From the UHGV virus genome UHGV-0094961: 38,929 bases of DNA; one strand, written 5' to 3'. The stretch comes from a virus. The notes beneath the pieces were generated by a model. It saw nothing but the letters and a program-made list of their open reading frames with translations, had not been told where the DNA came from and made no database searches. Both the position numbers and the translations under genes were made by a program. Each line of letters begins with the position of its first letter. The first letter of the stretch is position 1. Of the stretch, positions 20,907 through 28,997 are shown piece by piece.

Positions 20907-21209
20907 ATGGCAGGGGCAGCTAAACGCAGTCGCCTCTCGGAGCTGCACCGTATGTTCACCGAGGCCTTGCTTGAAGAAATCAAGCAGTCTAAGGAAGATG
21001 AGGTGCCGCTCCCCGCAGCAGATAAATCGGTCATTGCTAAGTTCTTGAAGGATAACGACATCACCGCGGACGCAGATTCCGAGGAGATGCAGGACCTTCG
21101 TGACGAATTCGATGACGAGCTAGTGGCGCGCAGAGAGGCGCGTAAGCAAGAGATTCTAAATAAAGTTGGTGGTTCAGACTCTGAGGACTTACTAGAAGGA
21201 ATTGTCTAA
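20907..21209 (+). CDS. terminase small subunit (DNA maturase A-like)
   Basis: 100 aa acidic protein immediately upstream of, and start/stop-overlapping with, the large terminase gene. Confidence 0.55.
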   Translation: MAGAAKRSRLSELHRMFTEALLEEIKQSKEDEVPLPAADKSVIAKFLKDNDITADADSEEMQDLRDEFDDELVARREARKQEILNKVGGSDSEDLLEGIV

Positions 21210-23065
21210 TGGTATCGGTGAAGACTGCGCGAAGACTGCGCATGCTCAACCAGAAACTTACTGGTTATAGTGCGAATCCGCGCAGTATTCCCAAAGAGGA
21301 GCGCGAGGATATCGCGGTGATGATGGCCGCGGCACTAAGCGACTTCCGGGAATTCGCGTACATCGGTATGCGGTTCCTGGGCTTTACGCTCACGGACATG
21401 CAGGCCGACATTGCAGAGTACATGCAGAAGGGCCCCCGGAAGCGCATGGTGGCCGCGCAGCGTGGTGAGGCTAAGTCTACACTAGCTGCACTGTACGCCG
21501 TCTGGAGGCTCATCCAGGACCAATCCTGCCGTATCCTGATTGTGTCCGGTGCAGAGAAGCAGGCGTCCGACGTAGCGAACTTAATCATTCGTATGATTGA
21601 GACATGGCCGCTGCTGTGCTATTTGAAGGCTGATCCTACTCGTGGGGACCGTACTTCATTCGAAGGTTATGACGTACACTGTGACCTTAAGCCGCTGGAG
21701 AAATCCGCCAGCGTAGCCTGTGTAGGTATCACTGCATCCCTGCAGGGTAAGCGCGCGGACCTGCTGATTCCGGATGATATCGAGACCACCAAGAATGGTT
21801 TAACGCAAACCCAGCGTGAGCAGCTGCTGATGATTTCTAAAGACTTCGCGGCTATCTGTACGCACGGGGATACGCTGTACCTGGGTACACCACAGACCAA
21901 GGACAGTATCTATAAAACCCTGCCGGGACGTGGCTTCGAGGTCCGCGTGTGGCCCGGGCGCGTTCCGTCTGTTGAAATGGAAGAGCGATATGGAAGTACA
22001 CTTGCTCCTTATATCCTGGAGCTTATTGAGCGCGGCTATAAACGCACCGGCTTCGGAGTCGACGGGACGCTAGGCGAGAGCACGGACACCGGGCGCTATG
22101 ACGAGGATGCGCTGATTGAGAAGGAGCTGGACTTTGGTCCGGAAGGCTTCCAGCTGCAGTACATGCTCGACACCACCCTGTCCGACCAAATGCGTACGCG
22201 CATCAAGCTATCGGATGTGCTGGTTTACTCTGGCAGCCAGGATTCCTCCCCGGAGACGTTCTCCTACATCGCGGACCGCCGGTATCTGTACCAGCACGAG
22301 CATGAAGGGATTATGGGCCAGCAGATGTACTTCCCGGCATTCTACGGGGATATGCACCTTCCGTACCAGCATAAGGTACTGGTAGTGGACCCGGCTGGTT
22401 GTGGTGGGGACGAAGTGTCCTACGCTGCTGGAGGCGCTGCGAACTCGTACATTCACCTATTCTCCGTAGGCGGATTCCAAGGAGGTATCAGCGAAGAGAA
22501 CATTGATAAACTGATTGACCTGTGTGTAGAGTTGGACATCCCGGATATGGTGGTGGAGAGCAATATGGGGCACGGTACCGTGTCTATGCTTATCCTGAAC
22601 CGATTACGTGAGCGGCGTCTCGCCGGTATCGGTGTAAGGGACCTGAATAACTGCACGCAGAAAGAGCGTCGTATCATCGACACAATCAGCCCAGTTACTC
22701 GTCGCCATCGCCTGGTAGTGCATGAGCGTGCTATTCACGACGATATCAGTACCTGTATGGCATATTCCCGCGATAGGCGTTGGCTGTACTCTGCGTTCGC
22801 GCAGTTGTCCGGTATCACGTACGACCGCGGTAGCCTTGCGAAGGATGACCGGGCAGACGCAATCGCCATGATGGTGGCTACGCTGAATGGGCATCTGGTG
22901 GAAGATGAGAAAGTGGTGGCGGAGCGTGAGTCTGAGAAGATGGCTCGGGCCTTCATTGAGAACCCACTGGATTGGGCACAGAGCAAAGTGTCTAAGGGCT
23001 TTCGTGGTGTAGCTGCTCGGCTACATAACCGGGGCAGAGGTAAACAACATAGAGGAAGAAGATAA
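21209..23065 (+). CDS. terminase large subunit
   Basis: 618 aa ORF at the T7 gp19 position; size and position consistent, nuclease and ATPase motifs not verified by eye. Confidence 0.8.
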   Translation: MVSVKTARRLRMLNQKLTGYSANPRSIPKEEREDIAVMMAAALSDFREFAYIGMRFLGFTLTDMQADIAEYMQKGPRKRMVAAQRGEAKSTLAALYAVWRLIQDQSCRILIVSGAEKQASDVANLIIRMIETWPLLCYLKADPTRGDRTSFEGYDVHCDLKPLEKSASVACVGITASLQGKRADLLIPDDIETTKNGLTQTQREQLLMISKDFAAICTHGDTLYLGTPQTKDSIYKTLPGRGFEVRVWPGRVPSVEMEERYGSTLAPYILELIERGYKRTGFGVDGTLGESTDTGRYDEDALIEKELDFGPEGFQLQYMLDTTLSDQMRTRIKLSDVLVYSGSQDSSPETFSYIADRRYLYQHEHEGIMGQQMYFPAFYGDMHLPYQHKVLVVDPAGCGGDEVSYAAGGAANSYIHLFSVGGFQGGISEENIDKLIDLCVELDIPDMVVESNMGHGTVSMLILNRLRERRLAGIGVRDLNNCTQKERRIIDTISPVTRRHRLVVHERAIHDDISTCMAYSRDRRWLYSAFAQLSGITYDRGSLAKDDRADAIAMMVATLNGHLVEDEKVVAERESEKMARAFIENPLDWAQSKVSKGFRGVAARLHNRGRGKQHRGRR

Positions 23066-23439
23066 TGGCATCAATCATCGCAGCTAAAACTGCGGACGTC
23101 CAGTACGCCATTGTGGGCACGTGCCAGAACCTGGAGAAGCAGGTGCAGCCGGACTACAACGTAGGCTTCGTAGGTACGACTGCCCTGACTAAGCTGAACG
23201 CGTTCTTCACGTACATGCAGTCCCAGGGCTATACGGCTACCCGTGCCGGTACAGCCTTTAAGGATGACGGTACGCTGCAGGCGCGCCTGTTCAGCATGCT
23301 GTCACAGCTCTCTAAGACCGGCTACGTTGCCCCTACAGGTACAGGTATGCCGCTCGGTGAGGGCTCCGGTACAGCGTTTGATGATTCGTTCACTGCACTG
23401 CAGAGTGCATTCGTAGCCGCCACTGATGCGGCAGAATAA
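23065..23439 (+). CDS. hypothetical protein
   Basis: 124 aa ORF, ATG overlapping terminase stop, AGAGGAAGAAG RBS. Confidence 0.45.
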   Translation: MASIIAAKTADVQYAIVGTCQNLEKQVQPDYNVGFVGTTALTKLNAFFTYMQSQGYTATRAGTAFKDDGTLQARLFSMLSQLSKTGYVAPTGTGMPLGEGSGTAFDDSFTALQSAFVAATDAAE

Positions 23440-23450
23440 GGAGAGTACAC

Positions 23451-23633
23451 ATGGCAATTGCAAAAGCAACCTCAGCGCAACAGCAGGAGCTGTTGCGTCA
23501 GCTGAACATTCTCGGTAAGGACCTGTATGCTATCCTTACGCAGCCGCAGAACGTGGCCCAGACTGGTGCTGCCTTCGATACCAAGATTGCTGCGCTTGAA
23601 GCCGCGGTGGCCGCAGTGAAGGCTGCTAGCTAA
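23451..23633 (+). CDS. hypothetical small protein
   Basis: 60 aa; TAAGGAG RBS; Ala-rich helical-looking. Confidence 0.4.
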   Translation: MAIAKATSAQQQELLRQLNILGKDLYAILTQPQNVAQTGAAFDTKIAALEAAVAAVKAAS

Positions 23634-24037
23634 TGCGTAAACTGGTCGCTGGGTTGCTGCTCGCGGTTACTCTGACTGGTTGCTCGGCGACCTCTGCACT
23701 CACCGGATTAGTTGGTTCTAAGCCGGATGTATCTGCTCAGGTTGGTGCCGAGAACACCAAACAAACCGTTGGCTTGAATAACAAGGTGGACTCCAGCACC
23801 ACCAACAAAACTGATGTACAGGATTCTAACGTAGGCACTTTGGACACGTCCAGTAAGAAGCAGGTGCAAACTATTAGCACCGGGACAATCCAGGCAGAAC
23901 GCCTGCAGGTGGTTAACAATGATAGTTACAGTCTTATCCTCGCCGGATTAGCTGGGGCCAGCATTCCTCTGGTCTTCCTAGTGGTCATTCTGGTGATTCG
24001 TAAGCTGTTCAGGAAGAAGGGGCAGCAGGATGATTAA
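23633..24037 (+). CDS. lipoprotein with C-terminal transmembrane segment; candidate unimolecular spanin
   Basis: N-terminal signal with lipobox LTGC (MRKLVAGLLLAVTLTGC), polar Thr/Ser/Asn-rich middle, C-terminal TMD SLILAGLAGASIPLVFLVVILVI followed by RKLFRKK; adjacent to holin and endolysin. Confidence 0.5.
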   Translation: MRKLVAGLLLAVTLTGCSATSALTGLVGSKPDVSAQVGAENTKQTVGLNNKVDSSTTNKTDVQDSNVGTLDTSSKKQVQTISTGTIQAERLQVVNNDSYSLILAGLAGASIPLVFLVVILVIRKLFRKKGQQDD

Positions 24038-24281
24038 GGTGGGAGACATGGTTGGAGCAGACCTCGCTACCCGGGCAGGTGCAGCAGTTACCGGTGCTAC
24101 GGTATCAGGAGGTTGGTTGGCAGAGTTAATGAGCTGGAACTGGAGCACTATCAGCTTCATCACTGCGACTGTGTGCGCAGTGCTAACCCTGGCGTGGAAT
24201 GCGTATTACAAGCGACGTACATTCAAGCTCCTAGAAGAGCAGGCGCGTAAGGGGACTATTAAATATGAGTTTAAGGACTAA
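24030..24281 (+). CDS. holin, pinholin-like (start possibly ATG 24048)
   Basis: Small protein with a Gly/Ala-rich weakly hydrophobic first segment and a second TMD (WSTISFITATVCAVLTLAW), charged C-terminus; AAGGTGGGAG RBS before ATG 24048; immediately upstream of SAR endolysin. Confidence 0.55.
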   Translation: MIKVGDMVGADLATRAGAAVTGATVSGGWLAELMSWNWSTISFITATVCAVLTLAWNAYYKRRTFKLLEEQARKGTIKYEFKD

Positions 24282-24873
24282 GGTTATTGCGGCCCTCACG
24301 GGGGCCACTATGCTGGGTGGTGCTATTACTGGGGTGGTTCAGCACAACGAGGGATTGAGCCTTACCGCCTATAAGGATAGTGCCGGTGTCCCTACAATCT
24401 GCTACGGGGAGACAAAGGGCGTCAAGATGGGCCAGAGAGCCACGCTGAGCGATTGTCAGAAGCAACTGATAGAATCAGCAGGGGCACATGCAAAGGCCCT
24501 TGACGGGCTTCCTATGCAGCTCTCTGACGTAGCTCTGGTTGGGTCTGTAGACTTCATTTATAACGTAGGCGTAGCTGGCTTCAACGGCAGTGCTGTGAAG
24601 CGGCACCTCAAAAGCCTGAATTACGCAGAAGCTGGAAAGGCCGTACTGGACTGGCGCTATATTAGCAAGTATCAGCAGAAATCCCCGGGCATCGGTTGGG
24701 TGTACAAGGGCAGCAACCGCTGGACCTTCGACTGCTCTCAGTATATTAACGGGCAGCGCAATAAAGTGTGCTGGGGCCTATGGGAGCGCAGACAGTGGCA
24801 GAGCAAGGCCGTTGGGAATCAGTATAAGAATGTAAATGCTGCAGTGGCAGCTCTTACTAAGACCGGAGGATAA
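24265..24873 (+). CDS. endolysin, GH24 lysozyme with N-terminal SAR (signal-arrest-release) domain
   Basis: NEGLSLTAYKDSAGVPTICYGE aligns with T4-lysozyme catalytic region (E...D...T); N-terminal VIAALTGATMLGGAITGVV is a Gly/Ala-rich hydrophobic segment like P21/phiKMV SAR endolysins. Confidence 0.8.
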   Translation: MSLRTKVIAALTGATMLGGAITGVVQHNEGLSLTAYKDSAGVPTICYGETKGVKMGQRATLSDCQKQLIESAGAHAKALDGLPMQLSDVALVGSVDFIYNVGVAGFNGSAVKRHLKSLNYAEAGKAVLDWRYISKYQQKSPGIGWVYKGSNRWTFDCSQYINGQRNKVCWGLWERRQWQSKAVGNQYKNVNAAVAALTKTGG

Positions 24874-26829
24874 ATGGCGTTAATTAGATTAGTAGCTCCA
24901 GAGCGGGTATTCTCCGACTTGGCGAGCATGGTAGCATATCCAAACTTTCAGGTACGGGACAAGATTAGCCTGCTGGGCAGCGCCGGTGGGGACTTCACCT
25001 TTACTACTGCCGCGTCGGTAGTGGATAACGGAACTGTGTTTGCTGTACCTGGTGGGTATCTACTCCGTAAATTCGTGGGTCCGGCATACAGCTCCTGGTT
25101 CAGCAATTGGGCGGGCATAGTAACGTTCATGAGCGCACCTAATAGGCACCTGGTTGTGGACACGGTCCTGCAGGCCACGAGTGTGCTCAACATCAAAAGC
25201 AACTCTACGCTAGAGTTTACCGATACCGGAAGAATCCTACCGGATGCTGCGGTTGCACGTCAAGTGCTTAATATTATCGGCTCGGCACCCTCGGTGTTCG
25301 TACCGTTAGCAGCGGATGCCGCGGCGGGCAGCAAAGTCATTACGGTGGCTGCCGGGGCTTTGTCTGCGGTAAAAGGTACGTACTTGTATCTTCGCTCTAA
25401 CAAGCTGTGTGATGGTGGTCCTAACACGTACGGTGTAAAGATTTCCCAGATTAGGAAAGTGGTTGGGGTTAGCACCTCCGGTGGCGTCACCAGTATTCGG
25501 CTGGATAAAGCGCTGCACTATAACTACTACCTGTCTGATGCCGCGGAAGTAGGTATCCCGACAATGGTGGAGAACGTAACCTTAGTATCCCCGTACATCA
25601 ACGAGTTCGGCTACGACGATTTGAACCGGTTCTTTACTATCGGTATCTCTGCCAACTTTGCCGCGGACTTGCACATCCAGGACGGGGTTATTATTGGCAA
25701 CAAACGCCCCGGGGCTTCTGATATAGAAGGGCGTAGTGCTATCAAGTTCAATAACTGCGTAGATAGTACTGTTAAGGGTACGTACTTCTACAACATCGGA
25801 TGGTATGGGGTAGAAGTGCTCGGCTGCTCAGAGGACACGGAAGTACACGATATCCACGCCATGGACGTACGCCACGCAATCTCTCTGAACTGGCAGAGCA
25901 CCGCAGACGGGGACAAGTGGGGAGAGCCTATCGAGTTCTTAGGCGTTAACTGCGAAGCCTACAACACAACCCAAGCTGGGTTTGATACTCATGACATTGG
26001 TAAGCGTGTGAAGTTCGTTCGATGCGTTTCGTACGACAGTGCTGACGATGGGTTCCAAGCGCGCACTAACGGGGTAGAGTACTTGAACTGTCGAGCTTAC
26101 CGTGCAGCTATGGACGGGTTCGCCTCCAACACCGGTGTAGCCTTCCCTATCTATAGGGAGTGCCTAGCTTATGACAACGTACGCTCTGGCTTTAACTGCT
26201 CGTACGGCGGTGGCTACGTTTATGACTGCGAGGCTCACGGTAGCCAGAATGGTGTGCGAATCAACGGGGGCCGTGTTAAGGGTGGTCGGTACACCCGCAA
26301 CTCCAGCTCTCACATCTTCGTTACTAAGGACGTAGCTGAGACAGCGCAGACATCCCTGGAGATTGATGGCGTGAGCATGCGCTACGACGGTACCGGGAGA
26401 GCTGTGTACTTCCACGGGACTATGGGCATTGACCCTACCCTGGTATCTATGTCCAATAACGACATGACCGGTCACGGCTTGTTCTGGGCATTGCTGAGCG
26501 GCTACGCCGTTCAACCTACGCCCCCGCGCATGTCCATGAACTTACTGGATGACACGGGTATCCGTGGAGTGGCAACCCTGGTGGCTGGTGAGGCTACAGT
26601 CAACGCCCGTGTACGCGGAAACTTTGGCAGCGTAGCTAACTCCTTCAAGTGGGTGTCTGAGGTTAAGTTGACGCGGTTGACCTTTCCCTCTAGTGCTGGG
26701 GCCTTGACGGTTACTGGCGTAGCTCAGAACCAGGATGTGCCTACACCTAATCCGGACCTAAACAGCTTCGTGATTAGGAGCAGTAACGCAGCGGACGTAT
26801 CCCAGGTAGCCTGGGAGGTGTATCTCTAA
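24874..26829 (+). CDS. tailspike protein, probable right-handed beta-helix (candidate polysaccharide depolymerase)
   Basis: 651 aa; repeated short beta-strand-like segments rich in G/N/V/T/D (NCVDSTVKGTYFYNIGWYGVEV, FVRCVSYDSADDGF, LNCRAYRAAMDGF) suggest parallel beta-helix; lacks T7 gp17 N-terminal anchor; last late gene. Confidence 0.6.
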   Translation: MALIRLVAPERVFSDLASMVAYPNFQVRDKISLLGSAGGDFTFTTAASVVDNGTVFAVPGGYLLRKFVGPAYSSWFSNWAGIVTFMSAPNRHLVVDTVLQATSVLNIKSNSTLEFTDTGRILPDAAVARQVLNIIGSAPSVFVPLAADAAAGSKVITVAAGALSAVKGTYLYLRSNKLCDGGPNTYGVKISQIRKVVGVSTSGGVTSIRLDKALHYNYYLSDAAEVGIPTMVENVTLVSPYINEFGYDDLNRFFTIGISANFAADLHIQDGVIIGNKRPGASDIEGRSAIKFNNCVDSTVKGTYFYNIGWYGVEVLGCSEDTEVHDIHAMDVRHAISLNWQSTADGDKWGEPIEFLGVNCEAYNTTQAGFDTHDIGKRVKFVRCVSYDSADDGFQARTNGVEYLNCRAYRAAMDGFASNTGVAFPIYRECLAYDNVRSGFNCSYGGGYVYDCEAHGSQNGVRINGGRVKGGRYTRNSSSHIFVTKDVAETAQTSLEIDGVSMRYDGTGRAVYFHGTMGIDPTLVSMSNNDMTGHGLFWALLSGYAVQPTPPRMSMNLLDDTGIRGVATLVAGEATVNARVRGNFGSVANSFKWVSEVKLTRLTFPSSAGALTVTGVAQNQDVPTPNPDLNSFVIRSSNAADVSQVAWEVYL

Positions 26830-27126
26830 GTAGCTCTAGAGCTTCCCTGGGGTATCTCTACGGTATCCCGGGGCACTGCTGGGGTGCTGCTGGGGTGCGC
26901 GTCTATACCTGGACCTGAAATTTATTAGACTCACGCGAGCCCCTCCCTCACCCTCAACGCGCCCAATTGCCCCCATAGGGGGGTGCCTAGCGTCAATTTA
27001 GGGGGGGGGGCACTGGTGGGGCCTGCTAGTGCGCACTAGAGCGCCTCAGCGGGCCTGTGCTGCGCTCTAAGGCTATTGCCAGTGCTACCCTATGGCTATC
27101 ACTGTGCGTTCACTAGGGCGCTTCCT

Positions 27127-27151
27127 GTGCGCTCTCTGTGCGCTCTCTGTG
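27127..27151. repeat. tandem direct repeat GTGCGCTCTCT x2.3
   Basis: Direct reading of sequence. Confidence 0.8.
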
Positions 27152-27384
27152 GGCCATAGGGGCGTGCTCTGCCTTGCTTATTTTGTGCGCCTCAGTGGGT
27201 CTGCCTAGTGCCTGTCTAGTGCCCGCGCAGTGGGGCCATAGGGTATGCCTGGTGCTATCCCGAGTGTGCACTAGGCTATCCACTGGCTATCCTTAGTGCT
27301 TTACATTGTGCTAATTATGTGCTACGCTGCGCGCTCCCCACTAGGGCGCACATCCACCACACCGCACTATCCAGCGCTATCCCT

Positions 27385-27414
27385 TTGCTCTTACTTTCAT
27401 TCGAAAGCTATTAT
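27385..27414 (+). promoter_or_regulatory. candidate sigma70-type promoter (TTGCTC-18-TATTAT)
   Basis: -35-like and -10-like hexamers with 18-bp spacer in the non-coding left-end region; host-RNAP early promoters are expected here. Confidence 0.3.
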
Positions 27415-27418
27415 GAAA

Positions 27419-27437
27419 TGATGTTACAGGAGTAGGA
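27419..27437 (+). promoter_or_regulatory. conserved motif TGATGTTACAGGAGTAGGA (copy 3), candidate phage-RNAP promoter near genome left end
   Basis: Same 17-nt core in the non-coding terminal region; no start codon follows. Confidence 0.35.
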
Positions 27438-27705
27438 GGGTTTTAGGGCACTATATACACTACTTAATACTAGTCCTTACTAGTCCCTACTAGGCACTCA
27501 CTAGTATGGCCCTGTGCCTACGTAGTAGGCTGCCATAACTACATAGTCACCGCATCACTACGTTCCTTCACTTACGTTACGTCACTACGTTCTGCTTTAT
27601 GTAGTATTAGATAGTATTGGCTAGACGTGGCTAGTATTGGCTACAGCCAGTGTCAGCACAGTGCTATCCCTAGTGGCTATCCCTATAATATATAAGGAGT
27701 TATAC

Positions 27706-28260
27706 ATGTTACCATCTAGTCGGGCTACGGCTAAAGCCACTGGTAGTACATACTACTACACAGGGAAGCACTGTAAGTACCAGCACACGGCAAAGCGCCT
27801 CACCAGTTCAGGGGAGTGCTCCGAGTGCTTTAAGATTAGGAGTACCAGCCCAGCTACTAAGGAGCGTATGCGGGGGTACCATAAGGTTTATCAGGTACGT
27901 AAGGCAGAGGCCTTGAGAGAGTACCGTAAGACACGCCGACCTAAGCACATTATGACAGAGGAGCAATTACAGCGTAAGGTTCGCCACAATGCGCGATACC
28001 GTGCTGCGCGTACTCAATCCGTACCCTCATGGTATGGCGAGTGGGGTGAGTTTGTTATGTTGGAGGCTATCGCTTTAGCAGCCGAGAGGGCGGAGTGTAC
28101 TGGCATAGCGTGGCATATTGACCATATGCTACCGCTAAAGGCTAAAGAGGTGTGCGGCTTACACTGTGCGGGGAACATTCAGGTGATACCCGCAACGCTT
28201 AATACACATAAGTGTAACAGGCTGCTATTCACGGAGCCGTTGGGGTGGCTAAAGGCATAA
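27706..28260 (+). CDS. HNH endonuclease with N-terminal Cys-rich motif
   Basis: Start set at ATG 27706 (AAGGAG RBS 6 nt upstream) inside track ORF 27637..28260; C-terminal WHIDHMLPL...GLHCAGNIQVIPATLNTHKCN is an HNH-type motif; N-terminal YYYTGKHCKYQH...GECSECF looks like a zinc-binding motif. Confidence 0.6.
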   Translation: MLPSSRATAKATGSTYYYTGKHCKYQHTAKRLTSSGECSECFKIRSTSPATKERMRGYHKVYQVRKAEALREYRKTRRPKHIMTEEQLQRKVRHNARYRAARTQSVPSWYGEWGEFVMLEAIALAAERAECTGIAWHIDHMLPLKAKEVCGLHCAGNIQVIPATLNTHKCNRLLFTEPLGWLKA

Positions 28261-28266
28261 ACTTGA

Positions 28267-28309
28267 GGTAATACAGTACTATAAATGCTGTATTACCTTT
28301 TTTTTTTTT
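28267..28309 (+). terminator. rho-independent terminator
   Basis: Perfect 10-bp stem GGTAATACAG / CTGTATTACC with 11-nt loop followed by 12 T, directly after the HNH stop codon. Confidence 0.75.
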
Positions 28310-28446
28310 ATAAAAAGTGCTTGCTTTTTTAAATCTGCTAGGTGTATATTTATCCCATCGAAAGCGATACGGTCTACCGGGTAGCTCTAGATTCCAGAGT
28401 CAACTGGATAAGTAGACAGCCTGATAAGTCATATGAAAAACAGGTA

Positions 28447-28475
28447 TTGACAATAGCAGTAAACGCTTTTATAGT
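28447..28475 (+). promoter_or_regulatory. near-consensus sigma70 promoter (TTGACA-17-TATAGT)
   Basis: Consensus -35, 17-bp spacer, -10 with one mismatch to TATAAT; in ORF-poor early region. Confidence 0.45.
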
Positions 28476-28724
28476 TTGAACCATGTTGCGGAGCAGTGTA
28501 GCGCCTAAAGGTGCTCTGACCACTAACCCTAGATACATGATAGTAGTAAGCGTGCCGGACGTTATCACCGGGGTTCTGAGACAAACCACACTGTCGAGGC
28601 GAGAGCAGCTCGCTCCTCTGAATCGAGGGAACAAGGCGCGGAGTGTATCCCGCAAAGAGCATATAACATAGCGTAGCAGTAACAAGGCTGCGCTAGATTA
28701 TGTTCTCTGAGAGGTAAGAAGATT

Positions 28725-28922
28725 ATGCGCAAAGCAAAGCGTTTAGCTTTACGGCGGAATATGCAGTTATCACTGAATCCCACCGACAACGTGCCACTCA
28801 CTGTGAAGCCAAGTAAACAAGGCCTGAGCTGTGAGCACAGGGTGAGAGGTAAGCAAAAGCAACGTGCTGGCAGTAAACAACCTTCGGGGTGGTCTACTAT
28901 GAATGCACAGTTCGGACACTAA
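28725..28922 (+). CDS. hypothetical small basic protein
   Basis: 65 aa, Lys/Arg-rich; GAGAGGTAAGAAG upstream of ATG; only RBS-supported ORF in the island. Confidence 0.3.
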   Translation: MRKAKRLALRRNMQLSLNPTDNVPLTVKPSKQGLSCEHRVRGKQKQRAGSKQPSGWSTMNAQFGH

Positions 28923-28927
28923 TTACA

Positions 28928-28959
28928 GCCTATAGCATCCTATGGGGTGCTATGTGAAG
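28928..28959 (+). promoter_or_regulatory. conserved hairpin motif copy A (GCCTATAGCATCC-TATG-GGGTGCTATGTGAAG)
   Basis: 9-bp stem (one G-U wobble) with 4-nt loop, followed by GTGAA; 39 nt upstream of ATG 28998; covaries with copy B. Confidence 0.4.
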
Positions 28960-28997
28960 TAATTCGTAAAGTAAACAACCAATCAAAGGGGTGCATT

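Larger units (their letters stand above)
26830..27700. repeat. non-coding repeat-dense region; probable genome-terminus/left-end region
   Basis: No ORF of 60 aa or more on either strand; short repeats (CCATAGGG, CACTAG, GCTATCC in several copies), tandem 11-mer, G10 run, palindrome AGCTCTAGAGCT; lies between last late gene and first early gene. Confidence 0.55.

Noticed and set aside
27684-27689. TATAAT hexamer as promoter for the first early gene
   Set aside because: No acceptable -35 or TG extension upstream, and only 17 nt from the start codon, so it overlaps the RBS region; more likely chance AT-richness.
26830-27700. CRISPR array or other regular repeat-spacer structure
   Set aside because: Repeats are short (6-11 bp), irregularly spaced and of several families; nothing resembling 25-40 bp repeats with uniform spacers, and no cas genes.
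28381-28600. Possible tRNA (GTAGCTC and GGTTC strings)
   Set aside because: No consistent cloverleaf could be built by eye: no 7-bp acceptor stem, and no T-arm pairing around GGTTCTGAG.
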